This document shows, piece after piece, positions 1 through 10,831 of a stretch of 64,000 nucleotides of DNA (its first letter is position 1; the number at the start of each line of letters is the position of its first letter). The position numbers were made by a program, and so were the translations under genes. The stretch spans positions 102,734,001 to 102,798,000 of the forward strand of contig OX597823.1 in assembly GCA_951406725.2 (NCBI GenBank), given 5' to 3'. The notes beneath the pieces were generated by a model. It saw only the letters and a program-made list of their open reading frames with translations, was not told where the DNA came from and did no database searches. This stretch comes from Octopus vulgaris (Eukaryota).

Positions 1-574
1 TCAACTCTTGAAGGATGAAAGACAAGGTCAACATTGGCAAGATCTGAACTGATAGATAAAAAATTAATAAAAACTGTAAGAGGTTTTTTTTTTTTTGTTA
101 GCTTTTTACTGATTCTGTCAAGCTAGAGAAAGAGGTATAGCTTTGCAGGTAAGCAGAAAATGAAAGGAGGGATGGATTCGGGGATTGACAGAGAATGTTC
201 ACTACAAATTTTATGGCCAACAAAGGTCTCAACTCGTCTGAATAGTATTAAAAAAAAGTAGTGGTGGAGGCAGCAGCAGTAACAATTTTTCTTTATTATT
301 ATTTTTTTTTTGGAGGGGGGGTAGTAGGAGGAAATCATTTTTAAACTGCATAACTTTTTTTTTCTTTTTACCTGTAATACAAATGGATTCACCCATAAAT
401 GTCAAAGTGAGATTGAATGTCATTCGTCATCTGTTTGTGTAATGTATATCAGCTACAGCTAAATGTGCCAGCTGGTGTACACAGCTTTCTTGCTTAACTA
501 ACCAATTCCAACATTAATTTTTTTATGAGAAAAGGTTTCTTGAGGAAACTTACCTCACTATATTATTCTTTATA

Positions 575-2094
575 TCTCTTATTATAAAAGGCAGATTTTA
601 TCTGCCTCCCTTTGGGAGTTATACAAATCTACAATATAGGATTTCTTCAATTACAATTTACCTAGCATTTTTAAGAGTACAATGCATCGCGTTATGCCAG
701 GTCCAGTTTTTAAAATTTAAACTCCAATTAAGCAAAATTTACAGAAAACTCACATTCTGGTGTGTGTGTCAAATGCTTTTCTTAGTCTGGTTTACACCAC
801 ACGCAAACGCACACACACAGTGGGCAACGAATAAAATGAAAGTAATTGACTTACTGTAGTGAGTGATTCTTTCACTCTGCCTCCCACTTCCTCTTTCCAC
901 ACATAGACACGCAAATCTCTTATTATAAAAGGCAGATTTTATCTGCCTCCCTTTGGGAGTTATACAAATCTACAATATAGGATTTCTTCAATTACAATTT
1001 ACCTAGCATTTTTAAGAGTACAATGCATCGCGTCATGCCAGGTCCAGTTTTCAAAATTTAAACTCCAATTAAGCAAAATTTTCAGAAAACTCACATTCTG
1101 GTGTGTGTGTCAAATGCTTTTCTTAGTCTGGTTTACACCACACGCAAACGCACACACACAGTGTGCGACGAATAAAATGAAAGTAAATGTAATATTTGTT
1201 TGTGTCTATCACACTGATAGATACATGAGTAAAATGTATGGGAAGCTAACAGATAACAGTGAGTGAAAATGTTCTTGGAAGAGAGTAAATTAGCGACAGA
1301 GTGATTTGAGCAAGACTAAACTGAAAGTATGAAACAGTGTTTATGTATAAACAGACGACACTTATATAAACCCTTTCGTTACCAAACCGCCCGAATTTAC
1401 CTATTCATATTTAAATGAGAATATCAGAGTAAATCTCTTTAGTACATTCGTGAAAACACGTATTATACTTCGTAAACACTTCAAATACAGTTTTGTACAA
1501 AAATCGAAGTGTAATTTTAATTCCGTGAATTATGGGAGATTTTTTTCGGAAATTTGTTCCTATTGTGTTTTCAAAATTTGTAATTCTGACAAAAAATGGA
1601 TACGAATTTCATTATATCAAGCAGCGAGTCAGAATTCGAAGGATTTTCTACTGAAGACCTTCATAAATCTAACTCTATGACCGAAAAAAAAATAGCATCT
1701 TTATATAAGAGTGAAGTTGTGTGTCTGTCCCCTTGAATTTAGATTCGTAACTACTCCCACATTTTGCCGTGCAGTTTAACCAAAAGCGGGTATCTTATAG
1801 TCGTGATTCATATCGAGCCCTTCTGGGTATTAGCGCGCGTCTACGATGAGTCTACGATTTAAAAAAAATTTACCATCATATTTTTCCATTTTAATGCATT
1901 TTTTTCGCTTTTATATAAGGGAAGTAACTCTCTAAAAATATCTACGATGTGTCAACGATTTTTTAAAAAAAATTTGCCTTAATTTTTTTTCAATTTTTAA
2001 TGCATTTTTTTGCTATTTTTTGGCTATAACTCTCTAAAAATGCTTATATAGTTATTTCCCTTACAACCCGAGCAACGCCGGGCGATAATGCTAG
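575..2094 (+). mobile_element. Composite non-autonomous Helitron with a duplicated 5' arm
   Basis: Starts A|TCTCTTATTATAAAAG at 575, and the same ~270-bp arm is repeated from 916. A third 5' end (TCTTTATATAAG) lies at 1698. Ends with the CCCGAGCAACGCCGGG hairpin then CTAG|T at 2094. A|T target, no TSD. Confidence 0.75.
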
Positions 2095-2260
2095 TATATA
2101 AATAAAATTGTAAGCTAACGTGCGTGTGTGTGAGTGGGTGTGTGTGGGTGTGCGCGTGTGTGTGTGTGAGGGTGCGTGTGTGTGTGTGTGTGTGTGCGTG
2201 AGTGTGTGACAGGAAAGTTTTTTACGACGAATATAACACCTATATCCAAGTAGCAGAAAG

Positions 2261-2525
2261 ATAAGACAGTAAGGCGTGATTTGAGGGAGATTTGGCTGCT
2301 ATTTCTACCATGTCTAGCTGCCATGTAGGGGTCTCCCTCATAGGCTCATACATACATATATACATAGATAAGACAGTAAGGTGTGATTTGGGGGAAATTT
2401 GGCTGCTATTTCTACCAGGTCTAGCTACCATGTAGAGGTCCCCCTTCATTGGCTCATATATATATACATACATAAGACAGTAAGGTGTGATTTGAGGGAG
2501 ATTTGGCTGCTGTTTCTACCAGGTC
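2261..2525 (+). repeat. Tandem repeat, about 2.5 copies of a ~105-bp unit
   Basis: ATAAGACAGTAAGG(C/T)GTGATTTG...GGCTGCT(A/G)TTTCTACCA starts at 2261, 2368 and 2472. Confidence 0.85.
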
Positions 2526-2599
2526 TGTTAGGCCTTCTCATGTAAGCTCAAGCTTTCTCATGCCTTGAACATAAGACCAAAGCAGAGAATGTATTCTTT

Positions 2600-2830
2600 T
2601 ATTCTTCTGCTTTTTCCAGCCATTGGTCTGTGGCCATGCTGGGGCAATGCCTTGAAGAATTGTAGTTTAATGAATCAACTCCACTTTTATTTTTGTAAGC
2701 ATTGTACTTATTCTATCTGTTTCCTTTGTCAAACCACTAGGTGACAGGGATGTAAACAAACCAACATTCGTTGTCAAGCAGTGGTGGAGGACAATCACAA
2801 GCACAAACACGCACACACACACACACATAC
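2600..2830 (-). mobile_element. SINE family A, 3' half
   Basis: Reverse complement of the ...CTTGACAAC...GATAGAATAAGTAC...CCAGCATGGCC tail found throughout the window. Confidence 0.75.
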
Positions 2831-2895
2831 ATGCATACACATATACACACATACATACATACATACATATATATATATATGTGTGTATATATATA

Positions 2896-3220
2896 TTGCA
2901 GCGTGGAAGGTGTTTGTAAGCCATTTAAGAAACACACAAAAACCGTTACATTCACTTCAACATTTAAATTTAATTTGCCAAAATATTTTCGTCGCTTTGA
3001 GACCGCGACCTGTTCACTGACAAAAATATCGTGCTAACAGGTCGCGGTCTCAAAGCGATGAAAATATTTTGACAAATTAAATTTAAATGTTGAAGTGAAT
3101 CTAACGGTTTTTGTGTGTTTCTTAAATGGCTTATAAACACCTTCAACGCTGCAACTGTTTTCGTTCCAGCACACGATCTCAGATCAAGTTACTTGCTATG
3201 CAAGTACATCTCTGTAACTA
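2896..3220. mobile_element. Inverted-duplicated non-coding element (PLE pseudo-LTR-like) embedded in (TA)n
   Basis: Near-perfect ~118-bp inverted arms at about 2897-3014 and 3037-3154, a unique tail to about 3218, (TA)n on both sides, and a hammerhead-like fold. Confidence 0.7.
2974..3024 (-). ncRNA. Minimal type I hammerhead ribozyme-like motif with G3:C8 variant core
   Basis: The minus strand reads UUUGUCA-GUGAACA-G-GUCGC(GGUCUCAAA)GCGAC-GAAA-AUAU-UU-UGGCAAA: 7-bp stem I, 5-bp stem II, and palindromic AAUAUU in place of stem III. Confidence 0.6.
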
Positions 3221-3316
3221 TATATATATTTATATATATATATATTTGTATATTGGTAAAAACAGTAAGATAACAAAAGAAAGAAAGAGACCTCAATATT
3301 ATGTAAATAGAGGAAA

Positions 3317-3711
3317 TCTTTATATATAAAAGTGAGGTTGTGTGTCTGTCTCCTACGATTTAGATTCCTAACTACTCCCACATTTTGCGGTGCAGTTTAA
3401 CCAAAACCGGGTATCTTATAGTCGTGATTCATATCGAGACCGTCTGGGTATTAGCGCGCGTCTACGATGAGTCTACGATTTAAAAAAAAATTTACCATCA
3501 ATTTTTCCCATTTTTAATCCATTTTTGACATATATAAGGGAAGTAACTCTCTAAAATTTATTATTAAATCTCAGAACGTAAAAAGCTACAGTAACACCCC
3601 TCCCCCTTTGTGGTTAGCCATATTGAGATGGCTATTATACTTTACATCTCTAAAAATGCTTATATAATTATTTCCCTTACAAACCCAAGCAACGCCGGGC
3701 GATACTGCTAG
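3317..3711 (+). mobile_element. Non-autonomous Helitron (short family)
   Basis: A|TCTTTATATATAAAAG start and CCCAAGCAACGCCGGG...CTAG|T end; homologous to 1698-2094. Confidence 0.85.
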
Positions 3712-4048
3712 TATATTATATTATTCTTCTAAACAACCCTCATATTTTGTTTCACCAATCACTTCAAAGCTAGACATATACAATACCAACTCACCTAAGG
3801 ATGTCTTACATATATTTAATTTTTCTTTAACATCCAAGATACCAATAATGCAAAAATAAAATTCTGAATAACTATTATATCTGTTTTTTGTTGTTACTTT
3901 TTTTTTTTACAATGGTTGTGGGAGGAGTGGGCAATGAATTAAAGGTATACAAATTTTGAAGAAGAAAAAAAAGCAATTCTTTTGTGGGATCATGACCTCT
4001 GATATTTAAAACACAATTCTGAAGAAAATATAGTTTTTTGCAAACTAC

Positions 4049-4134
4049 ATAATTCCTGCTTATCTATCTAGTTGATAGTATTTTTGAAATTATAATTCCT
4101 GCTTATCTATCTAGTTGATAGTATTTTTGAAATT
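4049..4134 (+). repeat. Exact 43-bp tandem duplication
   Basis: ATAATTCCTGCTTATCTATCTAGTTGATAGTATTTTTGAAATT occurs twice (4049-4091 and 4092-4134). Confidence 0.9.
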
Positions 4135-4324
4135 AGCAGGTGTAGTCTGTTATGGATACCCTCTGATCTCAGTTACTTAGTCACTAACAGCTTAGTATTC
4201 AGATTTATTCTGTCAACCCGAAAACACATGGTTGAAAAGTAACATTCTTAACCACATAGCCATAACAGCTTTTCTCACAAATACTTTCCATTTGTATTTG
4301 CTGCAGGTTAAACGTGAGCAGAGT

Positions 4325-4412
4325 ATCCCACTGCATGGCACTTTGGGCAAGTGTCTTCTATAGCCTTGGGCCGACCAAAGCCTTGTGAATGGAAACTGAA
4401 AGAAGCCAGTCG

Positions 4413-4457
<45 letters not shown>

Positions 4458-4665
4458 GTGTATGTGTGTGTGTCCCAGCCATCGCTTGACAACCGACGAT
4501 GGTGTGTTTGTGTCCCTGTAACTTAACAATTCGGCAAAAGAGACAGAATAAATACTAGGTTTACAAAGAATAAGTCTTGAGGTCGATTTGTTCGACTGGC
4601 TTTCAGTACAATTCTCTAGAAGTCTGAGTATGGCTGTAGTCAAATGAATGAAACAATTAAAAGAA
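4325..4665 (+). mobile_element. SINE family A (tRNA-headed family with central microsatellite), 5'-truncated copy
   Basis: CCCACTGCATGGCACTTTGGGCAAGTGTCTTCTA...(TA)n...CGCTTGACAACCG...GAATAAATACTAGG. Other copies lie at about 5730-5935(+), 26300-26705(+), 35215-35560(-), 43680-43815(+), 54530-54755(+), 56215-56382(-), 61915-62070(+) and 63385-63870(+). Confidence 0.8.
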
Positions 4666-5946
4666 TCTTGCCAACTAATTTTATGTTTTCATGAAAATGG
4701 ATACTATCAATCAGAATAATATAATTTCTTTTTTTATGAACAAATTCTGGGATTGCTTTTCATTCTTTGATTATAAAAAATTAAAATAATAATTAGAAAA
4801 AAAAGTCATTTACTTCACTGTGACCTTAAACATCCAAATACATTTTGAATAATTTTCGCCAGACTTTCAGAATAGCTGCCACACATAAATCGGAATGTCT
4901 CCGTTATTGGAGCGGCGGGGGGGGGGTGTCCACATTTAATAGAATTCTACATTTCAAAATATTTGGAAGTAGACGTTTTGTAACAATTTTTTTTTTAAAT
5001 CCATGGATTTTCAAACACACCCTTCGGAAGAGCAACCACCTCAAAACTTTTTTGTTGTTTTTGGTTGTTATAGCATTCTACATTTTGAAACATTTACAAT
5101 CTGCATTTCCAGAGGAAAAAATAGTTTGTGACACTCTCACTTTTTCATGACAAAAACCTCGGGAGAAAAAAGGAAAGTAAAAAAAAAAAACTGACAAATT
5201 TCAATTTGTGTGACCACTATTCCGAAAGTCTGCCTTGTTATCAATAAAAATATACATCATTAAGGGAATTTACAAATAAAGTCAAGATAGCACTAAAACT
5301 GACAAAAAAAACTCAATTATACTCAAAACCCACAAAAGTTTCACAGTGATTTCGTTTGCCATTATATTCCATTTGAAATAGAAAAATACGACGAATGTAC
5401 TCAGCCAACTTACTACCAGTTTTCATGAATACTGTTGGTTACGTATGATTTCAGGCTTTCTTTGAGAACAGATGGTAATTATGTGAAGTGAAACAAGCTA
5501 ATATTTGAATTATAAATAAAAGCTGTCCAAAATATTTCAACAATGGCGTTGATAAGATCTGTCTTTTAAGAATGCAATAATCTTTACAATGACTTTTACG
5601 TGCCAAATACTGTATTTAAAATATGAGCTAAAAGATAATTGACAGGCAGTTATTTCATGAATATTCGTACTTTTTCCTTTTCTTTTATGCAGAAATAAAA
5701 ACAAATAGTGGTGATATACAAACATAGCAAGCATGACCATGTGGTAAGAGGTTTGCTTCCCAACCACATGGTTACGGGTTCAGTACCACAGCGTGGTACC
5801 TTGGGCAAGTGCCTTCTATTTATAACCCCGGGTGTGTGTGTGATGTATTTGTCCCTCACCACCGCTTAGCAATCGGTGGTCTGTTTACATCTCCGTAACT
5901 TAACGATTCGGCAAAAGAGACTGATAGAATGATTAAACTCCAGTGT

Positions 5947-6225
5947 TTGAACTGAGCCAAAAAAAAGGGGCAATAGGTGTAAAACAACATGTAGTAAATG
6001 AATATGAAAAAAAAAAACGTGCGCTGGCTAACTGGAGGTGGGGAGAGGACTCGAAAAATTCCCATCGGGAATGTTCCGAGTCCTCTCACCACTTTCCCGT
6101 TCGTTGGCAAAATTTTTTTTTGTATTCATATTCGTTTACTACACATTATTTTACACCTGGTATACTAATTTTGCAACCCAACTTTCACTGAGTCAACAAC
6201 TTTCTTATTTGGCGGCTCAACTCAA
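5947..6225. repeat. Foldback / palindromic MITE-like element
   Basis: AGGTGTAAAACAACATGTAGTAAATGAATATGAA (from 5975) pairs with the segment ending at 6158. The GC-rich core GTGGGGAGAGGACTCG..ATTCCC-ATC-GGGAAT..CGAGTCCTCTCACCAC (6038-6092) is a ~26-bp stem. TTGAACTGAGCC and GGCTCAACTCAA form an outer pair. Confidence 0.75.
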
Positions 6226-6489
6226 GAATTTGCTTTCATTTGTCTGCTCAATTAGGAAAGACCTAGGTTTAACAACTACAACTATATTTTCATATGTAAG
6301 AAATCAATAAGGACAATTTGATAAGGTAGAGATTTAGGGGGGGGGGATTGTTATAAAAAAATCACCACCACTCAAAGTGTTTTTAAATACGGACCATCCT
6401 TTGTTTTATCAGAAAAAGAAGAAAAAAACAACGAAATACCGATTTCTCAGTGACAGCTTTTTCAAAACTCCGCCGAGAATTATTAGGAA

Positions 6490-6789
6490 CTAGCAGTATT
6501 ACCCGGCGTTGCTCGGGTTTGTAAGGGAAATAACTATATAAGCATTTTTAGAGAGTTATATCCCTTATATAAATCGAGCAAAAATAGATTTAAAATGCGG
6601 AAAAATTATGGTAATTTTTTTAAAAATCGTAGACACGTCGTAGACGCGCGCTAATACCCAGAAGGGCTCGATATGAATCCCTATATAAGATACCCGCTTT
6701 TGGTTAAACTGCACCGCAAAATGTGGGAGTAGTTAGGAATCTAAATCGAAGTAGACAGACACACACACAACTAGTTTTATATATAAAGA
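6490..6789 (-). mobile_element. Non-autonomous Helitron (short family)
   Basis: Plus strand A|CTAGCAGTATTACCCGGCGTTGCTCGGG...TATATAAAGA|T is the reverse complement of the 3317-3711 family. Confidence 0.85.
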
Positions 6790-9700
6790 TATGTTTTCGA
6801 ATGTGTAAGATTAAGGATTCTTTTTTAAAAATTTAAAACAAGAACTTTTATTTACATATGTTTTACAAAGAAAAGCAATCTATACGTTTTTAACTAAGAA
6901 TTTATTCATGGTCATTGCACATAAAAAAAAAATTAACATGGTTGGTAATATTCATTAGCACGATAAAATAAAATTTGTTGGCATGATGGTAACACATACA
7001 AAAATGTGTCCAAGTTTGGAAAAGACTAACGTTTTGTAACCGAACATCTCGTCCTTTTTTTAAAATCCATCGTATATCAAATTATAATCTTAGATGCCTT
7101 TAAGATGATAGGATGTTGCTATTTCTGGAAAATATGGCTGCTATTTTCTAACAGGTTAGTCGAGACCGTAGTGGTTTTGTTGGGAATGAAGTTGGTCCGA
7201 AAGACAGGGCCGACCGAAAAAGATTTTACAAGATCAATTGAAGTTGCTTTCGGGACCAATCTGGCGAGAGAACGCGGCCTCCAACACTCACCCACTCCGT
7301 GTCTGAAATTCAATGGACATAGAGGACGATGTCTTTCAACAGACTACGAGTGCAAGTTGGTGTAGCCAGACGAGATGTTTCACAGAAATTATATTGGTTC
7401 CTCTATATTCGCAACTTCCAAATCTCGCCAGGTGTCTGTGTAACACTTGTGTGTATTCAAGAAAAAACCCAGATAAAACTTGGTATATCATGTTATCCAA
7501 CTCTAAATGTCTTAACATGGGAGCCGCACCCGCTTAGATGTCATGAGGTCAAAAGGGAGCGCTGTGTTCGAAGAAGGCTGCGATGTTTCTTAGAAATACT
7601 TTATACAGATTTTTTTAAAATCTTTCAGTATTAAAATGTGACAAGGACATTATGTACTTGTTTCAGAAGAAAGATTTACTAAAAAAAGATTGTTAAAGTT
7701 AGCAGAAACGCGACCGTTTCAACCCCAAGGCAGCAATTAGTAACCCCACCATTACCAAACATTGTTTTGGAATTTAATGTATTATTGAACAGATATTCGA
7801 CATTATTTTCCATTTGTTTTATGGTAAGAGGTAGCTAAATATTGACATACACGTTTGATTAGTTAACATCAATAATAAACCTAAGACTATTTCAAAATTT
7901 CCAATTGTAATATATATTGCTCTAAATTTTTCTTTTAAATTACGCTAACAACAAAACTAAAAATACATTTCATTTCTAAGTCCACGCCTTAGCTTCCGTT
8001 CAATTTTAGATTATTTTCTTTTGCAATTGATGGCAGGAGTTAGCGAAAGATGAAGCTGAAGTCCAAAAGGTTGAGAACTGCCGCTCCAGTTTTATAAACT
8101 TATGAGTAGCATATTGTGTATTTCTTTAAACAAAAAAAAAAAAAAAAAAAAAAAAAAATTATTAAAAAAAACAACTTAAATTTTCATTGTAACATTGACA
8201 AACAATATTCCCCAACTCACTCTCCGTTATTGGTGTATTTAAAAGAACCAATGCAATGAAACTAAAATTACTTCTCAAATTGGGCGGTATCACCACTCCC
8301 TGGATATGTGGTGGGAAATTTTATATTGGCCTTGAAGACAAAGAAGCAGTTTAAATTACCCTTTATTTTATTTCTGTGCTGCATGCGAATCACATGTCTG
8401 TATTAGCAGCCGAAATATTTTCACTTTCGATACTGATACGATTTACGCGATCAACGTGTCGGCAGTAATTTTTTTGTTGGGGATATAATTTAGTTGAATT
8501 CTAGCAAAGCGGGCATTGAAAAATGTCTAAAACAAGGGGACCAATAAAGTTTGATAAGAATTGCTTTAAACAGAGACAAAATATGGAGATCCTGCAGACA
8601 ATTATTTGCATTTAGCGCTCAAATATAAATGTCAGTTTCCTAATATCTAGCAAGTTGTGTTTAGAGTGTTTAAAAAGCTTTAAGACACGAATTCTGTTGC
8701 TTTAGACAGCAAAATACTGGGAGGTAAGATGAGGTGCCAAGGTTACACAGAATTTCTTGTCAATTTCGATAACCTATTTACCAAAGATTACATGCCAAAA
8801 TCTGCAACAATTCCCATTCCAACATTGTAAACCGAATGTAATTGAAGCTGATGGCTATTCTGATATGTTCAGTGGGTGTCATATTTCCGGTGGATAAGTA
8901 ACGAGGAGTAGGAGACTGGAGCAACTTCAAGCAATGCCAATGAATTTAGGTCCCTGAGCAAGAGATTTTAGATGGAGGTACTTCTGGTATTTCAGATTTG
9001 TGTATTTCCTAAAAGATTGAGTTTAAGAAACATTTTGGTTCATGAGAAATACGAAGAGGGGGAAAGTATAGACACTATTACAGAGCGCACGCCCGTATCG
9101 CTATTCCAGTCTTCGTTCCTTATGAAATAAATTTCATAATAAATCCACAACAAATTCAAATGGTGAAAATGATGACGCTATGAAAAAGCTGTGTATAAAG
9201 TGTCTCTGGCGTAATTTTTGCCGGGTTGAACAGTCAAATCTAAAAACGTGATACCCGAGAGAAAGTGTGAGAGAAAGTGTTGAGTAACATATATATAGTA
9301 AGTATATATAAATATATCGGGCAGCTGAATTATCTATACTAGCAGAAAACCGCCCGGAGGTAGATGGGGTTGGAACGTCTTTGTACGAAAAAGTTTTGAA
9401 ACTTTAAATTGAGAAACTGGAATTATAAATTTCTAAGAACATGAATTTATCAAAATATTTCCAGACGGTCAACCCTTTAATAATTGCTTTGTCACATACC
9501 TAATTAATAAGCAGTTTTCTCCATTATAGTCTAGATTGAAGTTTAAGAAATTCTTTATTCGTCGTCACAAAAACCTAGATTTTTTTTTTTCTTCCTTTTT
9601 AGGCGAACACCACCCATTTCGGCTTACGCCGAAAACTGGTGGTTTGCGTATTCTTCATCGCCATTTTTTGATAGATGATTCTATTGTTCCCAAATTAAAA

Positions 9701-10505
9701 ATAAAACAAGGATTTGTCTTTTGTATACACACCGTCATGTACGCAAAAACGGCAGACCGGAAGAAATAAGACCGCAGGCTACAGAATGCCGATCGCATAT
9801 AGAAGCTATTGTAGTATGTCGTCCCAAAATTAAAATTACAATCTCCGAAATATCACGCCAAATCTGATATCAGCCAATAATATCGATTCGAAATGAAGTT
9901 CAAATCAGCCTGTCCAAAGGTGGCAATATTGACAAAACACCAGAAATAGGTTCAGTTATAGCCCTCCTTTAACGCACCAATATTGCCCCGAGCTGAAAAC
10001 GACACTAGAAAATTTCTAAAACGCTTTTATGGCTTTTATTTAGCTTTGTTCAGAATGTATCGCATCGAGATTTGAAACCTTTTACTGAAGGCTTGCATAA
10101 ATCCAGGAGACTGGGCCTTTTAAAAAATGCTTACTCCGATAGTTTAATGCTTATATAATCATTTGTAGCAAGTGTTCTACAAGAATTAGAAAAAACAGTT
10201 TTATATTAAAGAGCATATACACTCAGACAACAGTTAAGAAAATTCTCGAACACCAAGAAATTCAAATTAAAAAGAATAGGTTGAAATAAAACAGAATCAG
10301 TTTAGTTATTCAATTACAAGTTTATATATAGAAAAAAACCCAAATCATTTAAAAAGTTTAAAATTCATGCAAGACAATGGAAAGAAAGCCATTTTTCAAA
10401 TATTACAAGGTTTAGTTAAAACAAATTTAGCTCTTCCCTATCTAAAACTTTCATGTAGCAAACTAATACTTAAAAAAGTTGTCCTTTATATACAATATAT
10501 ATATT

Positions 10506-10545
10506 TTTATTTTATTCAGCAAAATTATACAGACGGTACATAAAA
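10506..10545 (-). promoter_or_regulatory. Candidate polyadenylation signals (two overlapping AATAAA) with an upstream UUUUAU CPE-like element
   Basis: Plus-strand TTTATT at 10506-10511 and 10511-10516, and ATAAAA at 10540-10545, about 300 nt after the stop codon. The AT-rich context makes chance matches possible. Confidence 0.35.
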
Positions 10546-10831
10546 TATTTTTGAATTTTAGAAGTGACTAAAAATTAAGTCATCAAAATTGACATGTAAC
10601 GAGCGAAGAGTTTTTTTTAAATGTAATTAATGCCAATGCTTTAAAAAAAAAAAGCATTTTACTCATTTTCTGAAATTCAGTAACATTAAAATTTAAATTA
10701 GCTTTCCACCGAGTGTGAAGACATTGTGTAGTTGCATTTCAAAAGGTTAAATTCTTGAAAGTTCTGTTGACTGTAAAGCAACGACAAAGTTAGTGCAGAC
10801 AGCTAGCGAAAATAAACAAACGCCAGTAATT

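Noticed and set aside
2261-2525. Regularly spaced repeats resembling a CRISPR array (also 23230-23445)
   Set aside because: Whole units repeat with no unique spacers, there are no cas genes, and the context is eukaryotic.
7105-7634. Overlapping short ORFs and a TTGGTCCGAAAG/CTTTCGGGACCAA inverted pair
   Set aside because: No recognisable protein motif or RNA fold; insufficient evidence for a call.
8132-8158. Poly(A) run as the retrogene's tail
   Set aside because: It is on the wrong strand for a minus-strand retrocopy and lies 2.7 kb from the stop codon.
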